Below, in pieces: positions 25,480-38,270 of a stretch of DNA of 64,000 nt. Location of the stretch: contig NC_057728.1 in assembly GCF_004010195.1 (NCBI RefSeq), positions 7,727,438 to 7,791,437 on the forward strand. The letters are read 5' to 3'. Source of the stretch: Chiloscyllium plagiosum (lineage: Eukaryota). How positions within the stretch are numbered: the first letter of the stretch is position 1; each line of letters begins with the position of its first letter. A program made the position numbers and the translations under genes. The notes under the pieces were generated by a model. It worked only from the letters and a program-made list of their open reading frames with translations, did not search any database and was not told the DNA's origin.

Positions 25480-25878
25480 CTGTCACTCTTATTGAAACAT
25501 ATATGGTTCTGAGAGAACTTGGCAGGGTACACAGTAGGAAGATATTTGCCAATGTGAGGACAGACCAGATTTAAGAGGCACGGTTTAAAAATAAATGTCT
25601 TCTGAAGGAGCAACTCCATCATGAGTCTTTGGAATTCACTTCCTGAGAGAGCGATTGAGGCTGGGCCTTTCAATGATGACCATGAATCCATTGGCGGAAA
25701 AAAACCCATCACTGACGTCCTTTACTGAAGAAAACTGCCATCCTTACCTGGTTTGGCCTACTCGTCACTCCAGACCCACAGCAATGTAGTTGACTCTTAT
25801 CTGCCCTCCAGTCAATTAGTGATGCGCAATAAATGCTGCCTGGCCAGTGATGCCCTCATCCCGTGAATGAGTGAAAAA
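25480..25878 (+). mobile_element. CR1 fragment joined to the 3' half of a family-2 SINE
   Basis: CR1-like 25480-25670 (tggaattcacttcctgagag); SINE blocks 25671-25878. Confidence 0.65.
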
Positions 25879-26656
25879 AGAATTGACCAGGACTCCAGGA
25901 GAACTCCCTAGCTCCTACACAAAGTCAAGCCATGGGACCTTCACACCTACTTGAGGAGAGTTCGGTTGAGCAGCTCGTCAAAAGGACAGCATGGCACTCC
26001 TTCAGCCTAGAATAGGTGAACAAATCTCTGTTATTGCCCAACGCTTTCCATTTGTGTGACAGCAAACTACAAACCGAGACGGTTTTAGAATAAGGCAGGA
26101 TAGAGCCTTAGTGTAAAAATAGGCGAAAGTACGATCACAAAATTGCTTCAAGTAACAGGAAACAAAAAGATGTAGAGAAGCAGGCACTAAAGCCTCTGAT
26201 AAAGGGTAGTGTGGAAGCGTCGGAAATTCCTCTTTGAGAAATAGGTTGTGGTGTAGCTGAAAGATTACTTCCTGCCCTGAATATTTTCCTGTGTGTATGG
26301 TTTTGAACAAGCACCTTTACACAAAGAGGACTAATGGATTCTGAGGTCAAATCTTGACCCACATTATCCTGCATCTTCCATTACCTGGTAAACCTCACAC
26401 CTTATACACTAGCTTATACAATATGATCATCGCTATAGGGTTAAACTCACCAGCTCTGGTCAGGCGTGTTCCTGGTACTTCAATTACAACACCCTGCCTC
26501 TAGCCATCAATACACCAGCCTTCCCCACTTTCTTTTCACTGCATGCCTGATACTTCAGTCTTTGCAGAGTCTTCCCATGTCTAATGGAAAGCCAAGAGAT
26601 GTTGACCATCCTGGTCCTGTTTTTATTTGCTTTGATTTATTATTAAAGTCTTGAAG

Positions 26657-27085
26657 CTAGAGAGAAGTACAGCATGGAAACAGACCCTTTGTTCCAATCA
26701 GATATCCATGCCAACCAGATATCCCAACATAATCTGGTCCCATTTACCAGCTCTTGGCCCATAACCCTCTAAATCCTTCCTACCCATCCAGATGCCTTTT
26801 AATTGTTGTAATTGTACCAGCCTCCATCACTTTCTTTGGCAGCTCATTCCATACATGCACCACCCTCTGTGTGAAAAGATTGCCCCGTAGGTCCCTTTAA
26901 ATTTTTTTCCATCTCACCCTGAACCTATGCCCTGTAGTTCTGGACTCCCTCACCCCAGGGAAAAGACCTTGTCTATTTACCCTATCTATGCCCCTCATGA
27001 TTTTATAAACCTCTATAAGGTCACACCTCAGCCTCCGACACTCCAGGAAAAAAAGCCCCAGCCTGTTCAGCCTCTCCCAATACCT
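26657..27085 (-). mobile_element. CR1 3' fragment
   Basis: RLNRLGLFFLECRRLRCDLIEVYKIMRGIDRV plus tail. Confidence 0.9.
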
Positions 27086-27104
27086 CCAATCCTTGCAACA
27101 TCTA

Positions 27105-27331
27105 GTATTGGTATGCGTGCTATCCAGACAAAACATATGTTACCCAAGCACATCAGGGTAATAGAACAGAATGCAGAATATAGTGTTACAGCTACAGAGA
27201 TGGTGCAGAGATCAACTCTAATATATGAGAAATCCATTCATAAGTCTGATAACAGCGGGGAAGATAATGTTCTTAAATCTGTTAGTACTCGTTTGCAAAC
27301 GTTTGTATCTTCAGCCCGACGGAAGAGGGTG
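27105..27331 (-). mobile_element. Rex1/Babar-like LINE C-terminus and 3' UTR
   Basis: Minus strand reads PLPSG*RYKRLQTSTNRFKNIIFPAVIRLMN, matching the recalled LPSGRRY...RFxNSFFPxAIRLLN terminus. Confidence 0.7.
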
Positions 27332-27659
27332 AATTTTGGCCTGAATGATCTATTTTGGTGCTGGAAACTTCTGTCTAATGACATCTAAAGACTTGAGATC
27401 ATAAGGAGTAAAGGTTTCTGAGCCGCCTCTGCAATTTGATACCATCAAGGTTGATCAGGTTTTGGCCTTAGCTCCATTTTTCTGCTCACCCCCCCCCCCC
27501 CCCCCCCATAAACCCTGACTCCCTTCTCAATCAATAAATTGATCCGGTTACACATACAAACTTGAGATCACTGAGATACCAAGAGCAAGGTCGCTCAGTC
27601 TCACAGATATTCAGTGGCCCAGCCTCAACTGGTCTCTCAGGAAGTGAATTCTTTTCATG

Positions 27660-27940
27660 GTCATCTTAATTCCAGATTTTTATCACATTCAAATCCCACC
27701 ATCTGCCGTGGCAAAGATTTGAAACTGGATCCCTAACATCTGACCTGGGCCTCCAGCAACAGACCTCCCTCCGGATCCTTCGCTCGACACACTTTCCTCA
27801 TTCCTGAAGAAGGGCTTATGCCCGCTACGTCGATTCTCCTGTTCCTTGGATGCTGCCTGACCTGCTGCGCTTTTCCAGCAACACATTTTCAGCTCTGGAT
27901 AAATAGTCTGACAATAATATCACTAGGCCATTGCCTCCCC
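27660..27940 (-). mobile_element. Family-2 SINE 5' half interrupted by a PLE piece
   Basis: SINE blocks 27660-27752 and 27895-27940 are contiguous in the copy at 10260-10395. Confidence 0.65.
27753..27894 (+). mobile_element. PLE pLTR fragment, family A
   Basis: ctgaagaagggcttatgcccgctacgtcgattctcc... (GAAA mutated to GCTA). Confidence 0.8.
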
Positions 27941-28178
27941 ACCAACCTATTACAGTTATCTCCTACCTGCATCCACCTATCGCCGTCCCACCTACCTTCC
28001 CGTCCTCCCCACCCCCTAATTGTCTCTCAGTCCCCTTCCCCCTCCACATTCCTGATGAAGGGCTTAGGCCCGAAATGTTGACTGTCCTGCTCCGCGGATG
28101 CTGCCTGACCTGCTGGGCCTTTCCAGCGTCACGTTTTTCGACTCTGACTCTCCAGCATCTGCAGTCCTCACTTTCTCA
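27941..28178 (+). mobile_element. PLE pLTR, family A variant, with C-rich leader
   Basis: CTGATGA-A-GGGC ttag GCCC-GAAA-TGTT at 28052-28079, then the family A tail. Confidence 0.8.
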
Positions 28179-28397
28179 TCCTGTTTATTCACCAGTCAAT
28201 GGAACTAAAACACATTAGATGGTCTTTAGTAAGCAGTACAGTCCAGGGACCCCACAATGCAAAAGAAAAAAAAAGCAACCTCTTTAATTTTCTCTTTCTT
28301 AGGCTGGCCCTTAGGATGGAGGATAACCTTTTTTCCTGCTCTGGTACAATGGATCCTGAGGTGATTAAACAGTGCAATGCTGCATCCTTGAATTGGA

Positions 28398-28572
28398 GAG
28401 GGCAGAGGCGGGTATGATTACAACATTTAAAAGGCATCTGGATGAGTATATGAATAGGAAAGGTTTAGAGGGATATGGCCCACATGCTGGCAAATGGGAT
28501 AAATCATTTTCAGATATCTGGTCAATGTGGGTGAGTTGGACTGAAGGGTCTGTTTCCATGCTGTAGGGACTC
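28398..28572 (+). mobile_element. CR1 3' end
   Basis: EAGMITTFKRHLDEYMNRKG plus tail. Confidence 0.85.
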
Positions 28573-29717
28573 TGAATGGCCGGATTAAAGATGGTCGGGC
28601 CAGTCACTTCTCTGACACGGCCTGGGAATGGACATGCAGAAGGTTCTCTTGATGATAAATCAATTGCAATTCTCTCTCCCTCTAGTCCAGGATATTTAGA
28701 TGGGTTTGAATAACCCCAAAGCAGTGCCAGCTGAGTTCAGTCATACAGGGCGAAGGCGTTAGCTTGACTAGCTGTATGGGCGCACTGCTGCTTTTCAGAG
28801 ACATGACTGCAGTTGGCAACAGGTAGGGATTGCGAGCTCCGGCACTGCGCACTGACGATCACAGCTATGAGGACTTAAGAAAATCAGTGGCCCGGTATTC
28901 TTTAAAAGCAAGAGACATGCCGCAAGCCGGTGAAGGCTGGTCGCTGGGTAACTGGGGATTGTTGCCTTTCTGTGTTGAAAATATCACAGCACAATGCTGT
29001 GCGAGCGTCACTGCATACGCCTGGCTGTCTGACTGCTGACAATGTCGTTTTTTTAAACAAAACCCTAATCTGCAGGACGGAGAGCATTGGTGGAGGCACG
29101 GATCAATGACAGCATTAAAATAACTAAAGAGGAACGCACGCAGAACTGTTGTCCTTTGAGCTGATGCCATTAATTGTTCTGAAAGAGAACTGGAAAGTTG
29201 AAAATCTATGGCTGCAATATGGTAACTAGGCAATGCTTCTGGGTCTTTCAATATTTTGTTCTATTGCATTTTCAGCCGTTTGTGTGAAATTGCTTTTCCT
29301 CCTGCTGTTAACTCTCTGTATCATCCGTACAGTAATAAATCTGCATTGCAATTTCATAGCCTTAGCCTTACAATATCTACTTTACATTTTTATTTATTAT
29401 TAATAATTGCATGATAGATGTTTGGGTGGTAGGGGAGGAGGAGAGAAAGTCTATTTGACAACCATGAATCATCCCGTTCAGCAATGAATGGCTGGGTATT
29501 AACTGGGGTGGGCGGGCGTTGGCTGGGGCTGGAGTGAGGGCCTCTGATGTTGGCATGGCTTCAGGAGACCCTGCAGGTAAAATGCCCCCGCTCCCCCCCC
29601 CCCCCCCCGGCCTTCTGGCAGTGATGGTAGGACCTGTTTAGCACTCTTAATGTCTGTTTTCTGACCACAGCCAACTGGATTGAGAGGTTGGCATTCTAGG
29701 CCAAATCGAGGCTGTAA

Positions 29718-30320
29718 GACCATAAGGTAAAGAAGCAGAATTAGGCCAGTTGGCCCACCGGGCCTACTCCCACCATTCGATCATGGCTGATACATTTCTT
29801 AACTCTATTTTCCTGCCTTTTCCCTGTAATCCTTGATCCCCTTTACTAATCAAGAACCTGTCTATCTCTGTCTTAAAGACACTCAATGACTTGGCCTCTA
29901 CAGGCACCTGCGGCAGTGAGTTCCACCGATTGAGCGACCACTGGCTGAAAACTTTCTCCTCAATTTTAATGGGTCATCCCTTCACTCTGAGGCTTTGCCC
30001 TCTGGTCATCGTCTCTCCAACTTATGGAAGCATCATCTCCATGTCTACTTTATCCAGACCCCTCAGTATTCTGTAAGTTTCAATCAAGTCTCTCCACCCC
30101 CCCCCCCACCCCCCTATTTCTTCTACACTCTGTTAAGTACCAACTGAAAGTCCTCGATCACTCCTCATATGACAAGCCCTTCATCCCAGTCTTATAAACT
30201 TCCCCTGGACCCCCTCCAAGACCAGCACATCCTTCCTTAGATACAGGGCCCAAAACTGCTCTCAAGATTCCAAATGCAGTCTGACCAGAGCCTTCTCCAG
30301 CTTCAGCAGCACATCGCTGG
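29718..30320 (-). mobile_element. CR1 3' fragment (second subfamily)
   Basis: Reverse-complement tail cataaggtaaagaagcagaattaggcc; ORF2 blocks including GMKGLSYEE. Confidence 0.85.
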
Positions 30321-30832
30321 CTTGGGTTCAATGTGCACAACAGCCTCGTTCTAATCAAATTATTAATTCACTGACTGGGAGCGGGTCCGCATCCTATCAC
30401 CACCTTCTATAACCCTGGAAGCCATGCTGGAAGGGGAGCCATCCTCGAAACCTTGAGGAATATTTCTGTTGCGTCAATGATCTCGGATCCTGAAGCAGCC
30501 CTATGACAATGTCTCTGAACTGCTCCTCACTGGAAGTGCACAAGGAGTAGACTGACTAGCATTCATCTTTCAATAATGTAGAGGTATAATTAAAATCTGG
30601 AATATCTCTGAATAGTTACTCTTAACATGTAATCAACAGTGTTGTAAAAAAATTCCAAGCCTGAAGATATGTCTTGGCCGTGCCTCCTCCTTGACCAGTC
30701 TATCTTGAACTGAAACTCATGGATGTGCGCATAAAGCCACACAACACGATATTTACCAAATGGACTCATAATGTTTCTTGTAGGGGTGTTAGACAAAACA
30801 CGAGAGAAGATAAAATGGGTTAGTGGGAGAAA

Positions 30833-31185
30833 GTGGCGCCTAATTGGTCATATCGTTGGAGTAACCCAGAGGCTAAGGTTCCTGGGGACAAGGGTTCAAA
30901 TCCGACCACACCAACGAGTTAAATTCTGTTGGTAAAATCAGGAGTCCATACTGTACCTGAGTATTGACGGCCATGAAACCACCATCAATGACTGTGAAAA
31001 CCCATCCATTTCACCCATGTCCTTCAGGAAGAAAACGCCAGTCAGGCCTAGATGTGTATGCAGGCCGCAGCAATATTAAATGCCCTCTGAAATGGCTGAG
31101 CACGCTATTCATGTTTAGGGCAATTAATGATGGGTAACAAGTACTGACCAACATTCACCCACATCCTAGGCAAGAATGAAGAAAA
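30833..31185 (+). mobile_element. Decayed family-2 SINE
   Basis: gggttcaaatcc B-box and cccatccatttcacccatgtccttcaggaag core. Confidence 0.6.
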
Positions 31186-32194
31186 CAGCTTGTTTGAATG
31201 ATAGTTGGAAGAGTTCTTGTCCTAATAATTCAGTGCAGAGGTAAAGTAAATACACAAACTGCAGTGACAGTGAGTCTGCTTGAATTATTACCTAACCCAA
31301 AGGATGTGGAGCGGAGCAGATTTGATATGTCCAAATATTGATGGTCTGCAAAGTAAATATTGGCGATGAGATTGTGTTTCCCTTCACCCTGACCTCACTT
31401 TCTTTTAATGACAGAGAGAAAACTTTGCAGTGTTAAAATACAAAGCTGAAAGTGAAGGGAATCATATTATAGGTAAAGCTTGTGCCAGTGAATAAGATAG
31501 TGGGTCCTTGTTATAGAACGGAACAATACAAAAGAGACAGCATGGAAAGTTAATGGTCAAACATTGTCCACTGATTGAATGGGAAGCAAAGCTTAATGAG
31601 TATTTATAATTAAAAAAAAGAGAGACACCAGTTTCCCCTGTGTTTTCAATGCTGCCAATGTCAGGAGGCAGTCAAAGTGTTTTACACTGAGGTCAAAGGG
31701 TTCGAGGAACGAGGAGGGGATCTGTCTCGGGTTGTAGGCGGTTGAGCTGGCCCAGCCACAGTGAGCTGGGTCACCCATTTCTGGGAGTTCAGACATTGGC
31801 AATGGGAGGTTATGAGAGGTCGACTCTGACAGCTGTAGTCTGTTTGGAGGGCGGGGAAGTTGATGTAGAGCATTTTCTCAGTTTATTGCCCCAGTTTTCA
31901 CACACTCAGCACCTCCCTGGACTGTCTTGGGACTCAGGCCTGCAGCCTGTCCATGTCAAGTCCCCTGGTATATGACCATTTACCTCCACATCCTTGGGGA
32001 CAGGGAGTGAGAAACCAGCTACAGATAATGGGCATTAGGTGAGCATCTCTCTCTCCGACCCTCTCTCTCTAAACCCTCTTTCCCCCAACTCTGTCTGTTG
32101 CTTTCCCCTCATGCTCTCTTGTTCCCGTAACCCCATCTTGTCTCTCTCAATCATGTATTTCCACCCCCCCATCCATTTCTCTCTCTGCACTCAC

Positions 32195-32550
32195 CCCTTC
32201 CTTACTCTCTCCCTCTCTCTTCCTCCCTTCCTTACTCTCTCCCTCTCTCTTCCTCCCTTCCTTACTCTCTCCCTCTCTCTTCCTCCCTTCCTTACTCTCT
32301 CCCTCTCTCTTCCTCCCTTCCTTACTCTCTCCCTCTCTCTTCCTCCCTTCCTTACTCTCTCCCTCTCTCTTCCTCCCTTCCTTACTCTCTCCCTCTCTCT
32401 TCCTCCCTTCCTTACTCTCTCCCTCTCTCTTCCTCCCTTCCTTACTCTCTCCCTCTCTCTTCCTCCCTTCCTTACTCTCTCCCTCTCTCTTCCTCCCTTC
32501 CTTACTCTCTCCCTCTCTCTTCCTCCCTTCCTTACTCTCTCCCTCTCTCT
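32195..32550. repeat. Perfect 30-bp polypyrimidine minisatellite, about 12 units
   Basis: Unit TCCTCCCTTCCTTACTCTCTCCCTCTCTCT is identical across consecutive 60-bp lines. Confidence 0.97.
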
Positions 32551-33103
32551 CCCCTCCCTGACACTCTGGAGCCACCTGAACCGGACAGTGCCCTGGGATT
32601 AGGAAGCTGACAGCATTGCCGATCCTGTGAGGAATGACGACTCCTCGGGGCTTGGGGATTTTGAATTCTGCACCTGAGGACCCTACTCTGAACGTAAGGT
32701 TTGGCGTACAGACTGACAGGTTATTTCAGAATCCTGCAGCCTGCCTAGTAGAAGCTCCCACTGAGTTTGCGGGATTTATCTTTCACACTACTAATGTGAG
32801 TTTACATCCTCACTGCTCAAGTGAAGATAGTGTATTCAAAATCCGAAATGCTCATGTTTCACTTGGATATTGCTGGAAAGACTGGCCTTTAGTAAACCTG
32901 TCCTTACCTTCATGAATCAGCCATCATTCAACTGAGCCATCTTTCACCTCAGTTGAAAGCTCCCATGGTATTGTATCAGTGCTCATTCTGGGTTTACTGG
33001 CCAGCATTTCTCTCAGCCAGTATGACTGAAAAATAGTGGGGACTATCACATTGAAGTCTTGCAGTGGGCAATTTTGCTGCATTTCCTACATTGCAACTGT
33101 GAC

Positions 33104-33628
33104 AACAGTTGAGATCCCAACGCAGGTCCCTGTGGCTGTCCACTTGCCACCAAATGCTAACCTGTAAGTGACTCATTTCTTATTTATGGTCACCCTTGAG
33201 GGAGAGAGTTGGGGCGCGAGAGAGAGAGAGAGATGGAGAGAATCGGGGAGGAGAGGGAGAGAGGAGGGGAGACGTACTTCATTAGCTGTGGCATGCTGAG
33301 ATCTCATGTGATGCTATATAACTGTAAGTTGGCCCTTATTTTTGGTATTTCAACTGTGCTCATTAACCTCTGAGCATAAACTCCCAGACAATCAAAGTAT
33401 TTTCCTCTGTCTTGCCCCAGCATTTCTATTCTCTCTCCTTCAAGGTGCTTACTGTTGCTGACATGGTGTAGACATGGTTGGCTGGCCCTGGGCCTGGGCC
33501 CTTGTCTAGCCACCATCCCAAGTGGCTGCTCTTTTTGGGTGAACATAAATAAGAAATGAGTCACTTACTGGTAACCATTTGGTGGCAAGTGGACAACCAC
33601 AGGGACCTGTGTTGGGATCTCAACTGTT
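33104..33628. repeat. 92-bp inverted repeat (33104-33195 / 33537-33628), 341-bp spacer
   Basis: Manual alignment gives about 6 mismatches in 92 bp. Confidence 0.9.
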
Positions 33629-34505
33629 TAGTGTCTATATTAATGACTTGGTTTAAGAGACCCTCGCCAAATTGCAAACTGTGCAAAGGTGGGCAGAACA
33701 ATAAGTTGCAAGGACGGCACCAAGGGTTGTAATGATAGATTTATGAACAGCATAAAAGTTACTACATGGCTTATCAAGGTCTGAGATGTGAGCTTTTCCA
33801 CTTCTGCAGGAAGAATAGAAAGGCAGCGTATTAATTAAATGGGGAGAGATTTTAGAAGGTTGCAGTCCAGATGCATCAGGGTGTCCTTGTACATGAATCA
33901 CAAGAAGTTGGCAGAGATATAAAGCAAGTGATTATAAAGCAAGTGAAATGATTTATAAAATAGGGAGTCTTGTAACAACTGTACAGGACATTGATTAGAC
34001 TGCACCTGGATACTAGTACAAATTTGATCCTTGCTTATGGAGGGATTCATACAGTGCAGAAAAGGCCCTTCAGCCCATTGGGTCTGCACTGACGATGTAC
34101 GAGCAGAATGTTCTTGGATTGTCTGATGAGAAAAGGTTGAATGGATTGCCCTGATACTCATTGGATGTGAGAAGTGAGCGGTGATCTTATTAGAACATCA
34201 GGTTTTGAAAGGGTTAAATGATGAGGGGCTATTTCTCCATGTTATTGAACCTCAAGAGCTCAGAGACGCAGTTGCCGAAAAGTGTGTCTAACAGGGTAGG
34301 GTTGAGGAGGAATTGCTTCTCTCAGGTGGATGTTAGCATTTGGATTTCTCTTTCCCAGTGAGAGATGGAGTTAAAGCTGAATTAGATATTTGATTGACAG
34401 GGATGTTGAAGGTTGTGGGGAGAGCAACTAGGCAAGTGGAGTTAGGACAATAGTTCACCCAATCATGATTTGAATGACCCATTCCCTCCTATTCCTTATG
34501 ATCTT
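33537..34505 (+). mobile_element. Old CR1, RT domain to 3' end
   Basis: VASGQPQGPVLGSQLFSVYINDL (PQGSVLGPxLFxxYINDL motif), followed by collinear decayed ORF2 and tail. Confidence 0.8.
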
Positions 34506-34569
34506 GGGTGTGAAGGCATCACTACCTCTTTGCTAAAGGAGTGTGGATTCTTAAGCTTCGATGTACATC

Positions 34570-35880
34570 ATAGGAATTGTTACGCTGCAGGAGAATGTCA
34601 TTTGGCCAATCATCATTGTTCTGAGTCATAAAGACTTCTGACATGAAAAGGTTTTCTCATCTCACATTTGCTTCTTGTGTCAATTAATTGAAGCCTGTGA
34701 TCCCTTCTTGATCCATTCATCAGGAGGTACAGTTCCTCCTATCAACTCTGCCCAGATCCCACGTGAATTTGACTACCTTTACCAACCACTTTCTCATCAT
34801 TTGTCCGATCTGTTTGCATCACAGCAGTTGTTCATTCCTGAATCTATTCTTGTGAATCTTCTCTGTACTCCTTCCAGTGCAATCACATCCTTCCAGAAGT
34901 ACAGCATCCAGAACTGGATACAGCATTCCACTAAGACCAAGCTAGTGTCTGACACAAATTCAGCATAATCTTACTCTTCTGCCCTTTGCCCATATTAATA
35001 AGACCTCAGGCACTCCAAACCATTGCCTCAACTTGTTCTAGCACCTTTTAGTAGCTTATGGATATGTATACCAAGGCCTGTGTGCTCTTATGCCCCTTTA
35101 GGCACACTTCAGGTCAGCACGGTGGCTCAGTGGTTAGCACTGCTGCTTCACAGCACTAGTAACTCGGGTTTGATTCCACCCTCGGGTGACTGTCTGTGTG
35201 GAGTTTGCACATTCTGCCCATGTCTGTGTGTGTTTCCTCCAGGTGCTCCGGTTTTCCCCCTCAATCCAAAGATGTGCAAGTTATGTGGATTCCCATAGTG
35301 TCCAGGGATGTGTAGGTTAAGTGGGTTAACCATGGGAAATACAGGATTGCAGGGATAGGTTCAGGGGAGTGTGTCTGGGTGGGATGTTCTTCGGGGTTGG
35401 GGCATGCTGGTGTGGAAATGATGGGCCAAATGGCCTGCTTCCACACTGTAGTGATTCTATGATTTTGGAATTGTGCCCTTTGTTTTATCTTGTCTCTCCA
35501 TTTTGTTCATACCAAAATGAATGACTGCCCGTTTCTCCACATTGAATTTCATCTGCCGTTTTCTTACCCTTTTCACCAACTTAGCAATGTCCTTTTGAAG
35601 TTTCACACTATCCTCATCCCAATTTGCAGTATTTCCAAGTTTCGTATCATCTCAAATTTTGAATAAGTGCTCTATAAACTAAGTTTTAGGTGGATAATGT
35701 ATATCAGGGAAAGAAAGAGCCCCTAAGCAGATTACTGGGGAGCTTTGTCATGAATTTTACTTCAACCACATTAACACCCATTTTCCATTACTCCTTGTTT
35801 TCTGCCACTGAGCCAGTTTCATATCCATACTGCTATTGTTCCGTCTATTCCATGAATTAACCTTCCATACCAAAATATGA
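34570..35880 (-). mobile_element. Old CR1 split by an HE1-like SINE
   Basis: Minus-strand RT blocks (tttcgtatcatc = DDT motif; catccagaactggatacagcattcca). Confidence 0.65.
35117..35464 (+). mobile_element. HE1-like V-SINE, full length
   Basis: Head, V-domain, duplicated atgtgcaggtta...cat block and ttctatgatt tail. Confidence 0.9.
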
Positions 35881-36852
35881 AGGTACAAACAGTCCATATT
35901 ATGACGTAGAGTGGGCCATATTTGAGTAAATTCTCCCTTTGTATTGTGGAGGTATCTCTGACACTACCTATCCTCTTTTTTTCCCCCCCATGCCCAACCT
36001 CATGAGGTGGCACTGCAAGAGTCATTGCACAAAGCTATGAAAGTTCTCATCAGGGAAAGATAAGCTAGTCTTTTTGCCCTTTCTGTTGCGTTCCTGTTGC
36101 AAAAAACCATCGTAACCTCCACCACCCAATGGAAACTATTCGCTGTCCCTTTCACCAAGTGAGCTCAGTCCCCAAGCCTGGAAACATCAGACAGGGGTTT
36201 TGGTGGGAAGCTGATCACTTACAGTAAACAATCAACAGAAAATAACTGCATGTGAATCCAGATGCTGTTTTAAGCATGTTGAAAGGGGAATGACTGTCAC
36301 TGTATCCTTTTGTTAACCTCACAGTGAATGATGACACTTAATAGAACTGCCAAGCACTTATTGACTCAACATCCTCCTCAATACAGTAAGTACATTGATA
36401 TTTGGACTCTAGCTGTCCTACTGGTGAATTCAAACAGTGCACTCACTCAGTGATGCTGAAGAGTGAGGGAGCTGCACTATAAAGACTGGGAAGTGATCAG
36501 ATCTGTGTGCTGTCTCTGTTTCAATGCTTCATTTAGACACACTCCTCTGGACATCTGAAAGTGGGACAACTGGTGGATGATAAACTGTGTTTAGTTTTTA
36601 TTCCCCAGGGATTCATAAGAGGCCATTAAACCCTTCCACCCTGTCCCACTATTTAATTATGGTTTCACTTGTATAGTGCACCCACTGTTGTTTTACCCCA
36701 AATAACTTCCCTTTCTGTGTGATGCTGGGCATTGAATGGTGTTGGACTGTTTAACTATGGACCGCAGCACAGTCAAAACTGAGAATGTCTATTTCATACT
36801 CTGACTTTCCAGCTAGGATCATTTGACCAGGGACAGGAATCTCTGGATGAAT

Positions 36853-37111
36853 TAGGAGAAAGTGAGGACTGCAGATGCTGGAGATCAGAGTCGAGAGTGT
36901 GGTGCTGGAAAAGCACAACAGGTCAGGCAGCATCCGAGGAGCAGGAAAATCGACGTTTCAGGCAAAAGCCTTTCATCAGGGCTGACGAAGGGCTTTTGCC
37001 TGAAACGTCGATTTTCCTGCTCCTCGGATGCTGCCTGACCTGCTGTGCTTTTCCAGTACCACACCAATCTAGACTCTGATATCTGGCATCTGCAGTCCTC
37101 ACCTTCACCTA
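36853..37111. mobile_element. Full PLE pLTR hairpin, family A, two arms of about 128 bp
   Basis: Arms meet at ...tttcatcag-gg-ctgacgaag...; no TSD seen. Confidence 0.88.
36952..37009. ncRNA. Back-to-back hammerhead motifs on both strands
   Basis: Minus 36979-36952: CUGAUGA-A-AGGC uuuu GCCU-GAAA-CGUC. Plus 36982-37009: CUGACGA-A-GGGC uuuu GCCU-GAAA-CGUC. Confidence 0.6.
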
Positions 37112-38135
37112 ATGGGAGATGGGGGCCAGTCAAATGTCTGCTTTGTCCTGTTTAGTGCCTACATTCTCGAGTGAGTGCAACTTCAGGTAATGGGTGACTC
37201 CTGACAAGTGATGTATACCAAACCTATTATCTGTCTGTGCAATGCTCGTTTAACTGGGAGCACTGTTATAAAATTGATTTTATTTTCAGCCTGTCACAAA
37301 ACTATTTAATTTTTCTATACATGTTCTACCTATTTAATAGCCTGGATGATGCCCTTGATTTGGCAGAAACACTGGAGTCAGTCTAGGATGCTTCCAGTCC
37401 TGCTGTGATCTCAATGTTGGCAAAGTGCACCAGGCAGGTTGTAGCCCTGACATTCTCGCAGTTTTCAATGGATTAATACTATCTGACTGGCGTGATGGTT
37501 TCTGTCACCCACTTAGCCAGTTGAAGGCATGGAATATCCATAATGTTGATCACAGTGTGAAAGAAGCGAGGGTTAAGCCTGTGCCATTAGTGTGGGCTCC
37601 TGTTGATATTTGGCTTGGACTCCCCAGGCGCCCATTTTCAAAAGCAGTTTGGCCCTCATCAAGACAGGAAAGCATTCCAGCACTAGAGAATTCAATCAGT
37701 CAATAGCAGTAGAGAGTTAGAGATGTTAGCAGCATGAATGCAACACAATGCATGCCATGATGCAAATGCTTAGCCTTTGTCTATTGTTGGAACTGTTCAA
37801 CTATGCCCCGCATTCAGGAATTCTCTTTCCCTAGCCCATTGCCTGGCTTTGTCACTCTCCATCTTATACAAACCTCCCTAAAAGCAATGTTTACAATGAC
37901 TGAGCTATCACTCTTCCATCACTCTCTTGGTGCCTGAGCCCACCAATTGAAGCCACTCAGGAAGTTGAGGCCCTTAAAAGTGCTGTCAAATAGTAGGTTG
38001 CTGGCGACAGTACCACAGACCTCCTTTTCTGTGCCTTTGCATTGTGAATGGCACTTCTTGTCCCCGTGGCAACTCAAACAATCATTGGCCAAGAGGCCAG
38101 CAAAATCTAAAGGACCTCAATAGCGTTTTATTTCT

Positions 38136-38270
38136 TTAGGGTGTCGGTTTGCTCGCTGAGCTGTAGGTTTGATATCCAGGCGTTTCATTACCTGGCTAGG
38201 TAACATCATCAGTGGCGATCTCCAAGTGAAGCGAAGCTGTTGTCTCCTTTCTATTTATATGTTTGGCCTG
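38136..38270 (-). mobile_element. PLE pLTR fragment, family C, with hammerhead motif at 38176-38215
   Basis: cca-CUGAUGA-U-GUUACCU agcc AGGUAAU-GAAA-CGCC-ugg (U16.1 mutated to C). Confidence 0.75.

Noticed and set aside
27488-27507. Poly-C run (also about 13530 and 29593)
   Set aside because: Simple homopolymers with uncertain length; no supporting structure.
32195-32550. CRISPR-like periodicity
   Set aside because: No spacers and no cas genes; eukaryotic context.
32039-32602. 187-aa and 142-aa repetitive ORFs
   Set aside because: Artefacts of a 30-bp stop-free minisatellite.
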